This document shows positions 26,686 to 36,057 of a stretch of DNA of 64,000 bases, piece by piece (the stretch's first letter is position 1; each line of letters begins with the position of its first letter). The notes under the pieces are model-generated. The model ran no database searches. It saw only the letters and a list, made by a program, of their open reading frames with translations, and was not told the DNA's origin. The DNA lies in assembly GCA_964607485.1 (NCBI GenBank), contig CAZSKP010000010.1, positions 32,001 through 96,000 on the forward strand, in the 5' to 3' direction. The DNA comes from an uncultured bacterium. Its GTDB lineage: Bacteria; Abyssobacteria; SURF-5. Position numbers and translations under genes: made by a program.

Positions 26686-28299
26686 ATGCCGCTGATTCGA
26701 ATAAATCGGCGCGAAATTGAGGTTGACGAAGGCACGACCATCATGCAGGCGGCGGATAAGCTTGGCATCTACATCCCGCGTTATTGCTATCATCCCGGCC
26801 TCAGTATCGCCGGATGCTGCCGCATCTGCGGCGTCGAGGTCGAGGAATCTCCCAAGCTGCTCATGGCATGCGCCACGTACGTGAAAGACGGGATGGTCGT
26901 CCGCACCGACACCGAGCGGGTCAGGGCGGCGCAGCGCGCGGTCGAGGAATTTCTGCTGTTGAATCATCCGCTCGACTGCCCCGTGTGCGACCAGGCCGGC
27001 GAGTGTGTGCTTCAGGATTACAGCTACGAGTACGGCTTCGCCGAGAGCCGGTTCCGGGAACAGAAAATCAAACAGCGGAAGAAAGACGTGGGAAGAGACT
27101 TGCTCCTGTACGCCGACCGCTGCATCATGTGCACTCGGTGCGTGCGGTTCGCGCGCGAGGTATCGGGCTACGACCAGATCGGCATATTCAGCCGCGGCGC
27201 GCATACCGAGATAGACGTCTTCCCCGGACTCCGGATTGACGACCTGCTGTCGGGCAACATTGCCGACATCTGTCCGGTGGGCGCTTTCCTCATCAAGGAC
27301 TTCCTATTCAAGCGCCGCGTGTGGGAGTTGACGAACACGAAAAGCATCTGCCCAGCCTGCTCCGTCGGCTGCAACATTCTGCTCGACCACGCCGACGGGC
27401 GCATTCAAAGGCTGCGCCCGAGGCCCAATCCAAAGGTGAACGGCCACTGGATGTGCGACATCGGGCGGTTGGACTACAAGCTCGTCGGACACGCCGACCG
27501 CCTCAAGAGGCCCATGATCCGCGAGGAGGAGATGTTCGAGGAAGTCTCGTGGGACGAGGCGATGGCGCATGCGTCGGCGCGGCTGAAGGGGCTTCTTTCG
27601 CGCCGAGGCGCTGGCTCGCTCGCCCTCGTCGTCTCTTCCGACGCGACCAACGAGGAAGCCTTCGCCCTTGCCAGGCTGGCCACGAAGTTGGGCGCGGCGC
27701 AAGACCTGCGGCTGCTGTCAGGCAGACGAGCAGAGAGGGTGGAGTTCGCCGGCGGATTCGTCATCGAGAGCGACAGGTCTCCGAACGAGCACGGCGTTCT
27801 CGACGTTTTGAAACAATTCATGCCGCCGGGCTCGCTTGACATCGTGACCGACCTGCGCTCGCTCGAAGGCAAGCCCGGCCTGTATGTCCTCTGCGGCCCG
27901 CATTCGACCGAAAACTCCGTCGAGACGTTGGCAAGACTCGCCGTCGACGCGGAATTTTCGCTCGTTCAGGCGACGCTGCCCTCGGCGTTGACCGAGGCGG
28001 CAGCGGTGGTTCTTCCCGGCGCCGCGTACGCGGAGAAGGACGGCACCTTCACGAATTTTCGCGGCATCGTTCAGCGCATGTGCCCGGCGTTCGGCCCGCC
28101 CGGCGAGGCAGGGCACGACCTGAACATCATCCTGGAGCTCGCCGAGGCAATGGGCGAGGCGCTCGGATGTAAGACGGTCGCCGAAGCCTCGGCCGAGGTC
28201 GCTCGGCTGCTTCCGGGCTACGCTCCGATTGAACAAATCGGCGATACCGGCTGGGCGATTCCTTCTGAAGCCGCCGCCGGGAAGGAGAGACATTCTTGA
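26686..28299 (+). CDS. nuoG: NADH-quinone oxidoreductase subunit G (about 537 aa)
   Basis: YCYHP...GCCRIC (N1b), HPLDCPVC (N5), CIMCTRC (N4), CPACSVGC (N7), EKDGTFTN. Confidence 0.93.
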   Translation: MPLIRINRREIEVDEGTTIMQAADKLGIYIPRYCYHPGLSIAGCCRICGVEVEESPKLLMACATYVKDGMVVRTDTERVRAAQRAVEEFLLLNHPLDCPVCDQAGECVLQDYSYEYGFAESRFREQKIKQRKKDVGRDLLLYADRCIMCTRCVRFAREVSGYDQIGIFSRGAHTEIDVFPGLRIDDLLSGNIADICPVGAFLIKDFLFKRRVWELTNTKSICPACSVGCNILLDHADGRIQRLRPRPNPKVNGHWMCDIGRLDYKLVGHADRLKRPMIREEEMFEEVSWDEAMAHASARLKGLLSRRGAGSLALVVSSDATNEEAFALARLATKLGAAQDLRLLSGRRAERVEFAGGFVIESDRSPNEHGVLDVLKQFMPPGSLDIVTDLRSLEGKPGLYVLCGPHSTENSVETLARLAVDAEFSLVQATLPSALTEAAAVVLPGAAYAEKDGTFTNFRGIVQRMCPAFGPPGEAGHDLNIILELAEAMGEALGCKTVAEASAEVARLLPGYAPIEQIGDTGWAIPSEAAAGKERHS

Positions 28300-29339
28300 C
28301 GGAGATACTGATAATCGTCGCCGTCGCACTTGCGAAGGTCGTGATAATTTTCGGAGCGCTGCAGGTAATCATCATGTACCTGGTTCTTGCCGAGAGACGT
28401 GTGAGCGCATTTATCCAGGACCGGCTGGGTCCGAACCGCGTGGGCTGGCAAGGGATGCTTCAACCCGTGGCAGATGGGCTCAAGTTTCTGTTCAAGGAGG
28501 ATATTATTCCATCGCATGCCGACAAGGTTATCTACATCATCGCGCCGGCCATGATCGTCATTCCGGCCTTCATGACGTTTGCCGTCATCCCGTTCGGAGA
28601 CACTATCACCATCGCGGGCCGGCAGGTCCACCTTCAGATAGCGAGCGTGAACATCGGGCTCCTATATGTGTTCGCGATGGCTTCAATCAGCGTGTACGGA
28701 ATCATCTTCGGCTCATGGGCCTCGGCGAACAAATACTCGATGATGGGAGGCCTGCGCTCGTGCGCCCAGATGATCAGCTATGAGATTCCCCTCGGCCTGT
28801 CGGTGATGGGCGTGCTGATGCTGACGGGAACGCTCCAGCTCGAAAAAGTTGTCGAGGCCCAGACAGCGTACATATGGGGTGTGATTCCGCGCTGGAACAT
28901 CCTGGTTCAACCGCTCGCCTTTCTGCTGTTCCTCGTCTCTGCCATGGCCGAGAACAACCGGCTGCCGTTCGACCTGCCCGAAGCCGAGCAGGAGTTGGTC
29001 GGAGGCTACCATACGGAGTACAGCAGCATCAAGTTTGCGATGTTCTTCATGGCCGAATACGCCGCGATGGTCACGAGCTCGGCGCTCGTGGTCGTCCTGT
29101 TCCTGGGAGGATGGCACGTGCCCGGCCTGGGGGCGCTCGGCTTGCCTATGCTGCTCGTGCAGCTGATACAGGTGAGCGCGTTTGTGCTGAAGGTGGCCGC
29201 GTTCCTCTTCTTTTACATTTGGGCCCGTTGGACGTTTCCGCGCTTTCGGTACGACCAGCTCATGCGACTCTGCTGGAAGGTGCTTTTGCCGCTCGCGCTG
29301 GCAAATATTTTTGCGACCGGCATCGTCATGGCAATGTGA
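28296..29339 (+). CDS. nuoH: NADH-quinone oxidoreductase subunit H
   Basis: RLGPNRVG, DGLKFLFKE, ISYE, PFDLPEAEQELVGGYHTEYS, PRFRYDQLM. Confidence 0.98.
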   Translation: MTEILIIVAVALAKVVIIFGALQVIIMYLVLAERRVSAFIQDRLGPNRVGWQGMLQPVADGLKFLFKEDIIPSHADKVIYIIAPAMIVIPAFMTFAVIPFGDTITIAGRQVHLQIASVNIGLLYVFAMASISVYGIIFGSWASANKYSMMGGLRSCAQMISYEIPLGLSVMGVLMLTGTLQLEKVVEAQTAYIWGVIPRWNILVQPLAFLLFLVSAMAENNRLPFDLPEAEQELVGGYHTEYSSIKFAMFFMAEYAAMVTSSALVVVLFLGGWHVPGLGALGLPMLLVQLIQVSAFVLKVAAFLFFYIWARWTFPRFRYDQLMRLCWKVLLPLALANIFATGIVMAM

Positions 29340-29356
29340 AACACGAGAGCTTGATT

Positions 29357-29884
29357 ATGGACGAGAAACCTACTCAAGGCGGAAAGACGGAGGGATACAG
29401 GAAAGAAGCACACGAGATGAATTTCATCGACCGCCTGTATTTCCCCGCTTTGCTCAAGGGGCTGGTCGACACCTTCCGGCACCTGTTCGAGAAGAAGTTC
29501 ACGATCGAGTATCCGGAAAAGAAGCTGCAGGTAGCTCCCCGTTACCGAGGTCTGCACCGGCTGAACAAAGACGAGCTCGGGCGAGTCAAATGCGTGGCCT
29601 GCTTCCTGTGCTCCACTCTATGCCCGGCGCGGTGCATCTACATCGTGGGCGCAGAGGCGCCGTGGCCCGACCGGGAGAAGCATCCGGTTCGCTTCGACAT
29701 CGACGAGCTGCGGTGCATCTACTGCGGCATGTGCGAGGAAGCCTGCCCCGAGGAGGCGATCGAGCTGACCGAGATATACGACATGGTCGGCACGTCGCGC
29801 AGGGGACTGATATACAACAAAGAAATGCTGCTCGAAGTGTATGAGAAGACCAAGCACAAGGGAGGCATGAAGAAATGGGCCTAG
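29357..29884 (+). CDS. nuoI: NADH-quinone oxidoreductase subunit I
   Basis: CVACFLCSTLCP and CIYCGMCEEACP; start set at ATG 29357 within the longer ORF 28874-29884. Confidence 0.94.
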   Translation: MDEKPTQGGKTEGYRKEAHEMNFIDRLYFPALLKGLVDTFRHLFEKKFTIEYPEKKLQVAPRYRGLHRLNKDELGRVKCVACFLCSTLCPARCIYIVGAEAPWPDREKHPVRFDIDELRCIYCGMCEEACPEEAIELTEIYDMVGTSRRGLIYNKEMLLEVYEKTKHKGGMKKWA

Positions 29885-30531
29885 TCGCGTACCTGCTCTT
29901 GGGCGCGCTCGCCGTCCTGACCGCATTGCGCGCGGCGAAGTCGCGCGGCAGATTCGAGCTGACCATCTGGGGAGCGGGAAGCGTCGGGTTCCTGCTCGCG
30001 GCCGTCTTTGCGGCCTGGCGGGGCATCAGCGAATTTCCCGACCTGTTGTTCTACGTGCTGGCCCTCATATCCTTCATTTCAGCGGTCAGGGTTATCAGTC
30101 AGCCCAATCCGGTGTACAGCGCGGTGTGGCTCATCACGGTGTTCCTGTGCATGGCGGTCCTCTTCATTCTGAGGCGCGCCGAGTTTTTGGCCGCGGTCCA
30201 GGTGATTATCTATGCGGGCGCCATTATGGTGCTGTACGTGTTCATCATAATCTTCGTGGACATCGAGGTTACGGTCGAGGAGCCCGCGCCGCTGTGGGTG
30301 ACCGTCAGCGCGGTCGGGCTCGCTGTGGCGCTGGTGGTGTTTCTCGCGCCGGTGGCGCTCAGCCTGCGTCCGGAAGAAACACGGGTCATTGCTCCGGCCG
30401 GGTATGGCGCCATCGAGAAGATGGGTGAAGCCATTTACTTCAATGCCGCGCTTCCATTCGAGGTCGCCTCGCTGATTTTGCTCGTGGCCCTCGTGGGGTC
30501 GGCGCTGATTGGGAAAGCCGAGAGGGAATAA
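29875..30531 (+). CDS. nuoJ: NADH-quinone oxidoreductase subunit J with N-terminal hydrophobic extension
   Basis: NPVYSAVWL, AEFLAAVQVIIYAGAIMVL, PFEVASLILLVALVG. Confidence 0.93.
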   Translation: MGLVAYLLLGALAVLTALRAAKSRGRFELTIWGAGSVGFLLAAVFAAWRGISEFPDLLFYVLALISFISAVRVISQPNPVYSAVWLITVFLCMAVLFILRRAEFLAAVQVIIYAGAIMVLYVFIIIFVDIEVTVEEPAPLWVTVSAVGLAVALVVFLAPVALSLRPEETRVIAPAGYGAIEKMGEAIYFNAALPFEVASLILLVALVGSALIGKAERE

Positions 30532-30533
30532 TC

Positions 30534-30836
30534 GTGGTCACGGCTTCGGAATATATGATACTCAGCTCCGCGCTGTTTGCTATCGGGTTCGTCGGCTTCA
30601 GCATCCGCCGCAACATCGTGGTCATGTTCATGTCGGCCGAACTCATGCTGAACGCGGCCAATCTGAATTTCATCGCCTATTCTACAGAGTGGGGCAATCC
30701 GACGGGCCAGACGTTTGCGGTGTTCGTGATCGCCGTTGCTGCCGCCGAGGCGGCCATCGGGCTGGCCATATTATTGCTCCTGTTCAGGAAACGTTCCTCC
30801 GTGAGCTCCGCTGACTGGCGAGCGCTGAAGGGATGA
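30534..30836 (+). CDS. nuoK: NADH-quinone oxidoreductase subunit K
   Basis: RRN, ELMLNAANLNF, AAAEAAIGLA. Confidence 0.97.
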   Translation: MVTASEYMILSSALFAIGFVGFSIRRNIVVMFMSAELMLNAANLNFIAYSTEWGNPTGQTFAVFVIAVAAAEAAIGLAILLLLFRKRSSVSSADWRALKG

Positions 30837-30848
30837 GGAGATGCGGCG

Positions 30849-32333
30849 TTGGATGGTAATCTGAGGCTGATCAGGTCGGAAATATTCCTCGCCGTCATGG
30901 CAATGATCCTTCTGCTCCTCGAGACCGTCCTGAGCGAGCGGAAGAAGACGTGGCTTGCCCATTCGGCGCTGGCGTCGTTCGTCGTCGCGGGGTTTCTCCT
31001 GACGCCCTCCGACCTGCGCGAAACCGTCCTGGTCTATTCCGACATGTTCATTCAGGACGGTTTCGCGATCGTCTTCAAGATGCTCTTCGTTATCGTGGGG
31101 TTTCTGGTGGTGCTGGTCTCGTACGATTATCTCCGCGAGCGGGGCATCTTGGGCGGTGAGTTTTTCGCACTGCTGCTGTTTTCAACCGTCGGGATGATGC
31201 TGGTCGCCTCGGCCTATGATTTCATGACGCTGTTCGTGGGGTTGGAGCTCACCTCGCTCGCCATGTACGTCCTCGTGGGCATGACGAAGAAGGACCTGTG
31301 GTCCAACGAGGCGGCGATAAAATATTTCCTGCTCAGCATCTTCGCCTCCGCCATTCTCTTGTTCGGGATATCGATTGTGTACGCCGCGGCGGGGACGACG
31401 AACTTCGGCGAGCTTGCCCGGCGCATGGGCGAGGTGACGGCCAGACAGCCCTCCGCTGCCATCCTGGCCCTCGTGCTCCTGGTGGCGGGCTTCGGATTCA
31501 AGATAACGGCGGTGCCGTTTCACATGTACGCGCCCGATGTGTATCACGGTGCTCCGACGCCGGTGACGATTTTTCTGGCCGTCGGCCCGAAGGCCGCCGC
31601 GTTCGCGGGCTTTCTGCGTGTGCTCGTGAGCGTCGCCCACACGATGAGCGCAGACTGGCTGACGCTCGTGTGGGTTCTCTCCGTCCTGACGATGACGGTG
31701 GGCAACGTGGCCGCCGTCATGCAGACCAACGTGAAGCGTATGCTGGCGTATTCGAGCATAGCTCATGCGGGCTACGTGCTCATCGGAGTGGCTGCGATAG
31801 CCAAGGATGGCGGGGCCGGCGGCGCGATGCCGACCGGTGTGGCGAGCGTGGTCTTCTACATGTTCGCATATACCTTCATGAACATCGGCGCCTTCAGCCT
31901 GCTCCTGTGCACCCGGCGCGAGCGCGGATTCGGCGAGGACTTGGCCGATTTTTCCGGCCTGGGCAGACGCAGGCCGGTAGTGGCGGCTGCGATGCTGGTG
32001 CTTCTGCTTTCGCTCGCAGGCATACCACCGACCATCGGTTTCCTGGGGAAACTCTACATCTTCGCGGCGGCGATCCGGACCGGCCTTTACGGCCTTGCAG
32101 TCGTGGGAGTAGTGAACGTCGTCATCTCGCTATTCTACTATCTGCGAATTGTCGTGCACATGTACATGCGGAAACAGGAGCACGAATGCCAGGATGTCAG
32201 CTCACTGCCGCTCGGGCTCGCCCTCGGATTGTCAGCGGCGGCGACGGTCGTTCTCGGAATCTTCCCTCAGGCCATATTGAACGCCATTGAGCACTCGGCC
32301 TCGATTATCGACATTGGAGGTGTCATCCTATGA
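30849..32333 (+). CDS. nuoN: NADH-quinone oxidoreductase subunit N
   Basis: GLELTSL, EAAIKYF, FKITAVPFHMYAPDVY, KRMLAYSSIAHAGY, GFLGK. Confidence 0.96.
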   Translation: MDGNLRLIRSEIFLAVMAMILLLLETVLSERKKTWLAHSALASFVVAGFLLTPSDLRETVLVYSDMFIQDGFAIVFKMLFVIVGFLVVLVSYDYLRERGILGGEFFALLLFSTVGMMLVASAYDFMTLFVGLELTSLAMYVLVGMTKKDLWSNEAAIKYFLLSIFASAILLFGISIVYAAAGTTNFGELARRMGEVTARQPSAAILALVLLVAGFGFKITAVPFHMYAPDVYHGAPTPVTIFLAVGPKAAAFAGFLRVLVSVAHTMSADWLTLVWVLSVLTMTVGNVAAVMQTNVKRMLAYSSIAHAGYVLIGVAAIAKDGGAGGAMPTGVASVVFYMFAYTFMNIGAFSLLLCTRRERGFGEDLADFSGLGRRRPVVAAAMLVLLLSLAGIPPTIGFLGKLYIFAAAIRTGLYGLAVVGVVNVVISLFYYLRIVVHMYMRKQEHECQDVSSLPLGLALGLSAAATVVLGIFPQAILNAIEHSASIIDIGGVIL

Positions 32334-33067
32334 AATGTCCCGATTGCGGAACGGAGAGCAAAGAGGGTCAAAAGTTCTGCGGCAACTGCGGCGCTGCGCT
32401 CGGGGAGACGACCGTCGGCGACCTGTTCGAGGTGGCTTTCAAGAGCGAGGCCCGGGGCGACCTGAACGGTGCGCTGGAGGCGTATGGCCGTTTGCTCGAG
32501 AGGAGGCCCAAGAGCCAGGAGATTCTGTTCAAGATGGGCATGGTCTATTACGACCTCGGGCGGATTGACGAGGCGATGGAAAAGTTTCGGCAGGTAATCG
32601 AGTACAACCCCCGTTTCATCTACTCGCATTTTCGGCTGGGCCTGTGCCAGTACCAGAAGTGCATGATCGAAGAGGCAATCAAGTCTTACTCAGCGGCGCT
32701 GGCAATTGCCCCCGACTTCGTGCCCGCTCTCTTGCAGCTCGGGCTCGCGCAATTTCACATCGGGCGGTTAGAAAAGTCTGTCGAGGCGTTTGAGAGGATC
32801 GTTAAGTCGGGGCCGTCCTACACCATTGCACGCTACTATCTCGGGCTTGCCTACGAACGGATGAGGCGAACGGACGAGGCAATCGAGCAGTTCACCGCCG
32901 TCTCCAAGCAGAATCCGAAAGACCCATCCACGCACTATCACCTGGGAATCCTTTACAAGAGAAAATTCATGCGCGACGCCGCCATCGGCGAGCTGATGCG
33001 GGCGCATCAGCTCGACCCCGATGACGAGGCCACCATCGAGGAGCTCAGTTATTTACAAAAGAAATGA
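32330..33067 (+). CDS. Zinc-ribbon plus tetratricopeptide-repeat protein
   Basis: CPDC...CGNC N-terminus followed by about six TPR-like repeats; ATGA overlap with nuoN. Confidence 0.9.
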   Translation: MKCPDCGTESKEGQKFCGNCGAALGETTVGDLFEVAFKSEARGDLNGALEAYGRLLERRPKSQEILFKMGMVYYDLGRIDEAMEKFRQVIEYNPRFIYSHFRLGLCQYQKCMIEEAIKSYSAALAIAPDFVPALLQLGLAQFHIGRLEKSVEAFERIVKSGPSYTIARYYLGLAYERMRRTDEAIEQFTAVSKQNPKDPSTHYHLGILYKRKFMRDAAIGELMRAHQLDPDDEATIEELSYLQKK

Positions 33068-33088
33068 GAGAAGCAGCCCGACGCGAAT

Positions 33089-34132
33089 ATGGCGCAAAGA
33101 AAGAGACAGCCGGACCCGTGGGGATTGACATCACTCAGGGAAGAGAAGTTCTCGCCCATGGACCTGTTCATTCGGTCGCTCGTGCTTCTCGTGGCAAACG
33201 AGCTGGGTGTGTTTGAATGTTTGTCGGACGGGCCCCTCGCCCTCGACGATGTCGCCGGACGGCTGAAGACCGACCCCAAGGGCACGCGCATCCTGCTGGA
33301 CGCGCTCGTCGTGTTGAGATACCTCAAGAACTCTGGCGGGCGCTACGCAAACCGGTCCGACACCGCGCGCTATCTGACGCAGGGGGCGCCCGAGTTCGTG
33401 GGCACGAGGTTTCTGCATTCATACGAGGGCCTGGCGCGCTGGCTGCGTCTCGGCGACCTCGTGCGCAAAGGTCAGAAACACAAACACAGTCTGCCTGAGT
33501 TTCGGAGAAGCGAGGCGGAAGAGCGCCGGAGGGAGAAGAGCTTCGCGCTGGGTCTGAATGAGTCGAGCCGTAAGACGGCCCGGCGTGTCGCGAGGAAACT
33601 CGATTTGAGCGGCGTCGTCGAGATGCTCGACCTCGGCGGAGGCGCAGGTGCGTATTCGATTTCGCTCGCCAAGCGGTGGCCGTCGTTGAGGCCCGTAGTA
33701 TTCGAACTGCCCGTGCCCGCGAAGGTCGCCAGGTCCCAGGTAAGAGAGGCTGGGCTCGGGAATCGTATTTCAGTCAGGACGGGCGATTTTCTGGAGGACG
33801 ACCTCGGCAGGGAAGCGTACGACGCCGTTTTTATGTCGAACATCGTTCACATTTACAGCATCGACGACAATCGAAAAATTATTCGCAAGGTCCACCACGC
33901 CCTGCGGCCCGGGGGAAGGATTTTCATAAAGGACATGATAGTAAACGAGGGACGCGACGGCCCCTTTTATCCCGTGATGTTTGCCTTAACGATGCTGATG
34001 TTTACGGATGAGGGTGACACATACACCCGCCCGCAGGTGACCGGGTGGCTGCGGGAGGCCGGTTTCACACGAATCGGGCACAGGATGCTCATCCCGCACG
34101 AAAGCTCGATTTTGACCGGATATAAGAAGTAG
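33089..34132 (+). CDS. SAM-dependent O-methyltransferase with dimerisation domain
   Basis: N-terminal winged-helix-like region, MLDLGGGAG, GDFL, SNIVH, LRPGG. Confidence 0.9.
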   Translation: MAQRKRQPDPWGLTSLREEKFSPMDLFIRSLVLLVANELGVFECLSDGPLALDDVAGRLKTDPKGTRILLDALVVLRYLKNSGGRYANRSDTARYLTQGAPEFVGTRFLHSYEGLARWLRLGDLVRKGQKHKHSLPEFRRSEAEERRREKSFALGLNESSRKTARRVARKLDLSGVVEMLDLGGGAGAYSISLAKRWPSLRPVVFELPVPAKVARSQVREAGLGNRISVRTGDFLEDDLGREAYDAVFMSNIVHIYSIDDNRKIIRKVHHALRPGGRIFIKDMIVNEGRDGPFYPVMFALTMLMFTDEGDTYTRPQVTGWLREAGFTRIGHRMLIPHESSILTGYKK

Positions 34133-34153
34133 ATGCCTCGAACAGGAAGGTTG

Positions 34154-34849
34154 TTATTTGGTGGCATGGCGGCGTGATTTTGTGAGCGCCTGCGATTCGC
34201 GGATGTAGAGCGGCTCCAGTGAATCGATGTCGGCGAAGTCTCCCCGGTCCATTCGCTGCGCCGCTAAGAAACCGACGACCGAGGCGCGGGCGCCCATCAT
34301 TTCGGGCGAGGCGAAGCGGGCGAGCCCGCCCATCCTTTCAGCGATTTCTTCCCGATACCTCTGTGCTCCAGAGCCGAAGAAGAGCGCGTCCCCTTTTGCA
34401 TCTTTCAGGAGTGCTTCCACGGAAAGCACCACGTCTTCGGACAGGCGCACGACTGCACCGGCCTCGGCCCTGAACCACGCGGCGTACACCTCTTTCATCC
34501 GCGCGTCTATCATCGGGCAGATCAGGTGTGGGCAGAATGGAAAGCTCCAGGCCATCGCCTCGAGCGTCGGAATTCTCACAACCGGTTTCGAGGCGGCGAC
34601 GGCGAGCCCTTTCACGGCGGCCATCCCGATACGCAGCCCCGTGAAAGAGCCCGGGCCGACCGCGACGGCAAAGGCGTCCAGTCGGTCCGGTTCCGACCCC
34701 ACCGTTTTCAGCACATATTCAACGGCGGGCATGAGCTGGGACGAATGCGTTTCCTCGACGCGAAGCGTCAGCTCGCAGAGGACGCGGCCGTCCTCGACAA
34801 CGGCGACGCTTCCCATCAGTGTGGAGGTTTCGACGGCCAGTATTCTCAT
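34154..34849 (-). CDS. tsaB: tRNA threonylcarbamoyladenosine biosynthesis protein TsaB
   Basis: ILAVETST, HS, GPGSFTGLRIG, DARMKEVY, LEPLYIR. Confidence 0.97.
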   Translation of the reverse strand: MRILAVETSTLMGSVAVVEDGRVLCELTLRVEETHSSQLMPAVEYVLKTVGSEPDRLDAFAVAVGPGSFTGLRIGMAAVKGLAVAASKPVVRIPTLEAMAWSFPFCPHLICPMIDARMKEVYAAWFRAEAGAVVRLSEDVVLSVEALLKDAKGDALFFGSGAQRYREEIAERMGGLARFASPEMMGARASVVGFLAAQRMDRGDFADIDSLEPLYIRESQALTKSRRHATK

Positions 34850-35047
34850 CTCGCATCCAACGCAACCAAGAGCTTTCCCGTGTTTCGAAACGGCGGCTGT
34901 GCCGACGACCCGGCGCGTTTGATATTAATTGCCGCAGACGTTATTTGTCAATATACTTCCGGACTCCTCCGCAATCAACGGGAGCCCTTCGGTCATTTTT
35001 GAGTCGATGGACGCCCGCAACCGGCGTATTCTTGCGGGTCGCAGCGC

Positions 35048-35077
35048 TTGACACCACCTTCGTGCTGATGCTATCAT
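35048..35077 (+). promoter_or_regulatory. Sigma-70 promoter with extended -10
   Basis: TTGACA-N18-TATCAT with TGn before the -10, upstream of the activase gene. Confidence 0.65.
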
Positions 35078-35108
35078 TGAATTGATCCCGCCTACAGAGG
35101 AGCAGATC

Positions 35109-36017
35109 TTGGAGAACAATAAAGCCACGATTTTCGACATTCAACGGTATTCTGTCCACGACGGCCCCGGCATCCGCACACTGGTTTTCTTCAAAGGGTG
35201 TCCGTTGCGCTGCAGGTGGTGTCAGAATCCCGAATCGCTCGACGCCGAGCGCGAGATCGCTTTTTTCGCGAACAAATGTATCGCCTGCGGGGAATGCGCG
35301 AAGGTGTGTCCGAAGGGCGCCATAGTCCTCGAGGCCGACAGCCGCATAGACCGGGCGCTGTGCGACCGATGCGGCGAGTGCGCCGAGGTCTGTTACGCCG
35401 AGGCGCTCACGGTCATCGGCAAGGAATACGACGTTCGCGCGCTGCTCGACGTCGTCGAGCGCGACCGTCCCTTTTACGAAGAATCGGGCGGCGGCGTGAC
35501 CGTCTCGGGCGGCGAACCGACACTCCAGTTCGACTTTCTGCTCGACTTCCTCCGAACGGCGAAGGAAGCCGGGCTGAACACGGTGATAGAGACGTGCGGC
35601 GCGTTCGCGTGGACCAAATTCAAGAAGCTGCTTCCGCATCTCGACATCATCTATTTCGACCTGAAGGTAATCGACGAAAAAGAACACAGGCGTCTCACCC
35701 GCACGAGCAACAAGCGAATACTCACCAATGCGAGAAAGCTTGTCGAGTCGGGGAAAAGAGTGGTGTTCCGCGTGCCGCTCGTGCCCGGGATGACAGACAC
35801 GGAACAGAATCTTTCCGACCTCATCGACCTGCTCGGCGAACTCGAGCGGGAGGAAGTCCATCTGCTTCCTTACCACAAGATGGGCGAATCGAAACTTCAG
35901 AGAATCGACTCGTCGCTGGAGCCGCTCGACCTGGAGCCGCTCTCCGATGAGTGGCTGGCGGAGATAAGGTCTCGCTTCGAGAGCGCCGGAATCAAGGTCT
36001 CGATCGGCGGCGGCTGA
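35109..36017 (+). CDS. Glycyl-radical enzyme activating protein (radical SAM, ferredoxin insert)
   Basis: HDGPGIRT, GCPLRCRWCQNPE, CIACGEC...CP, CDRCGEC, SGGEP, LLPYH; SD GAGGAG before TTG 35109. Confidence 0.95.
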   Translation: MENNKATIFDIQRYSVHDGPGIRTLVFFKGCPLRCRWCQNPESLDAEREIAFFANKCIACGECAKVCPKGAIVLEADSRIDRALCDRCGECAEVCYAEALTVIGKEYDVRALLDVVERDRPFYEESGGGVTVSGGEPTLQFDFLLDFLRTAKEAGLNTVIETCGAFAWTKFKKLLPHLDIIYFDLKVIDEKEHRRLTRTSNKRILTNARKLVESGKRVVFRVPLVPGMTDTEQNLSDLIDLLGELEREEVHLLPYHKMGESKLQRIDSSLEPLDLEPLSDEWLAEIRSRFESAGIKVSIGGG

Positions 36018-36057
36018 GGTCGCTCAGCCTCTTGAGACCCAGGATTGCGCCGGAGGC

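Noticed and set aside
28874-29356. N-terminal extension of NuoI in the ORF track
   Set aside because: Out-of-frame overlap with nuoH; NuoI similarity begins after ATG 29357
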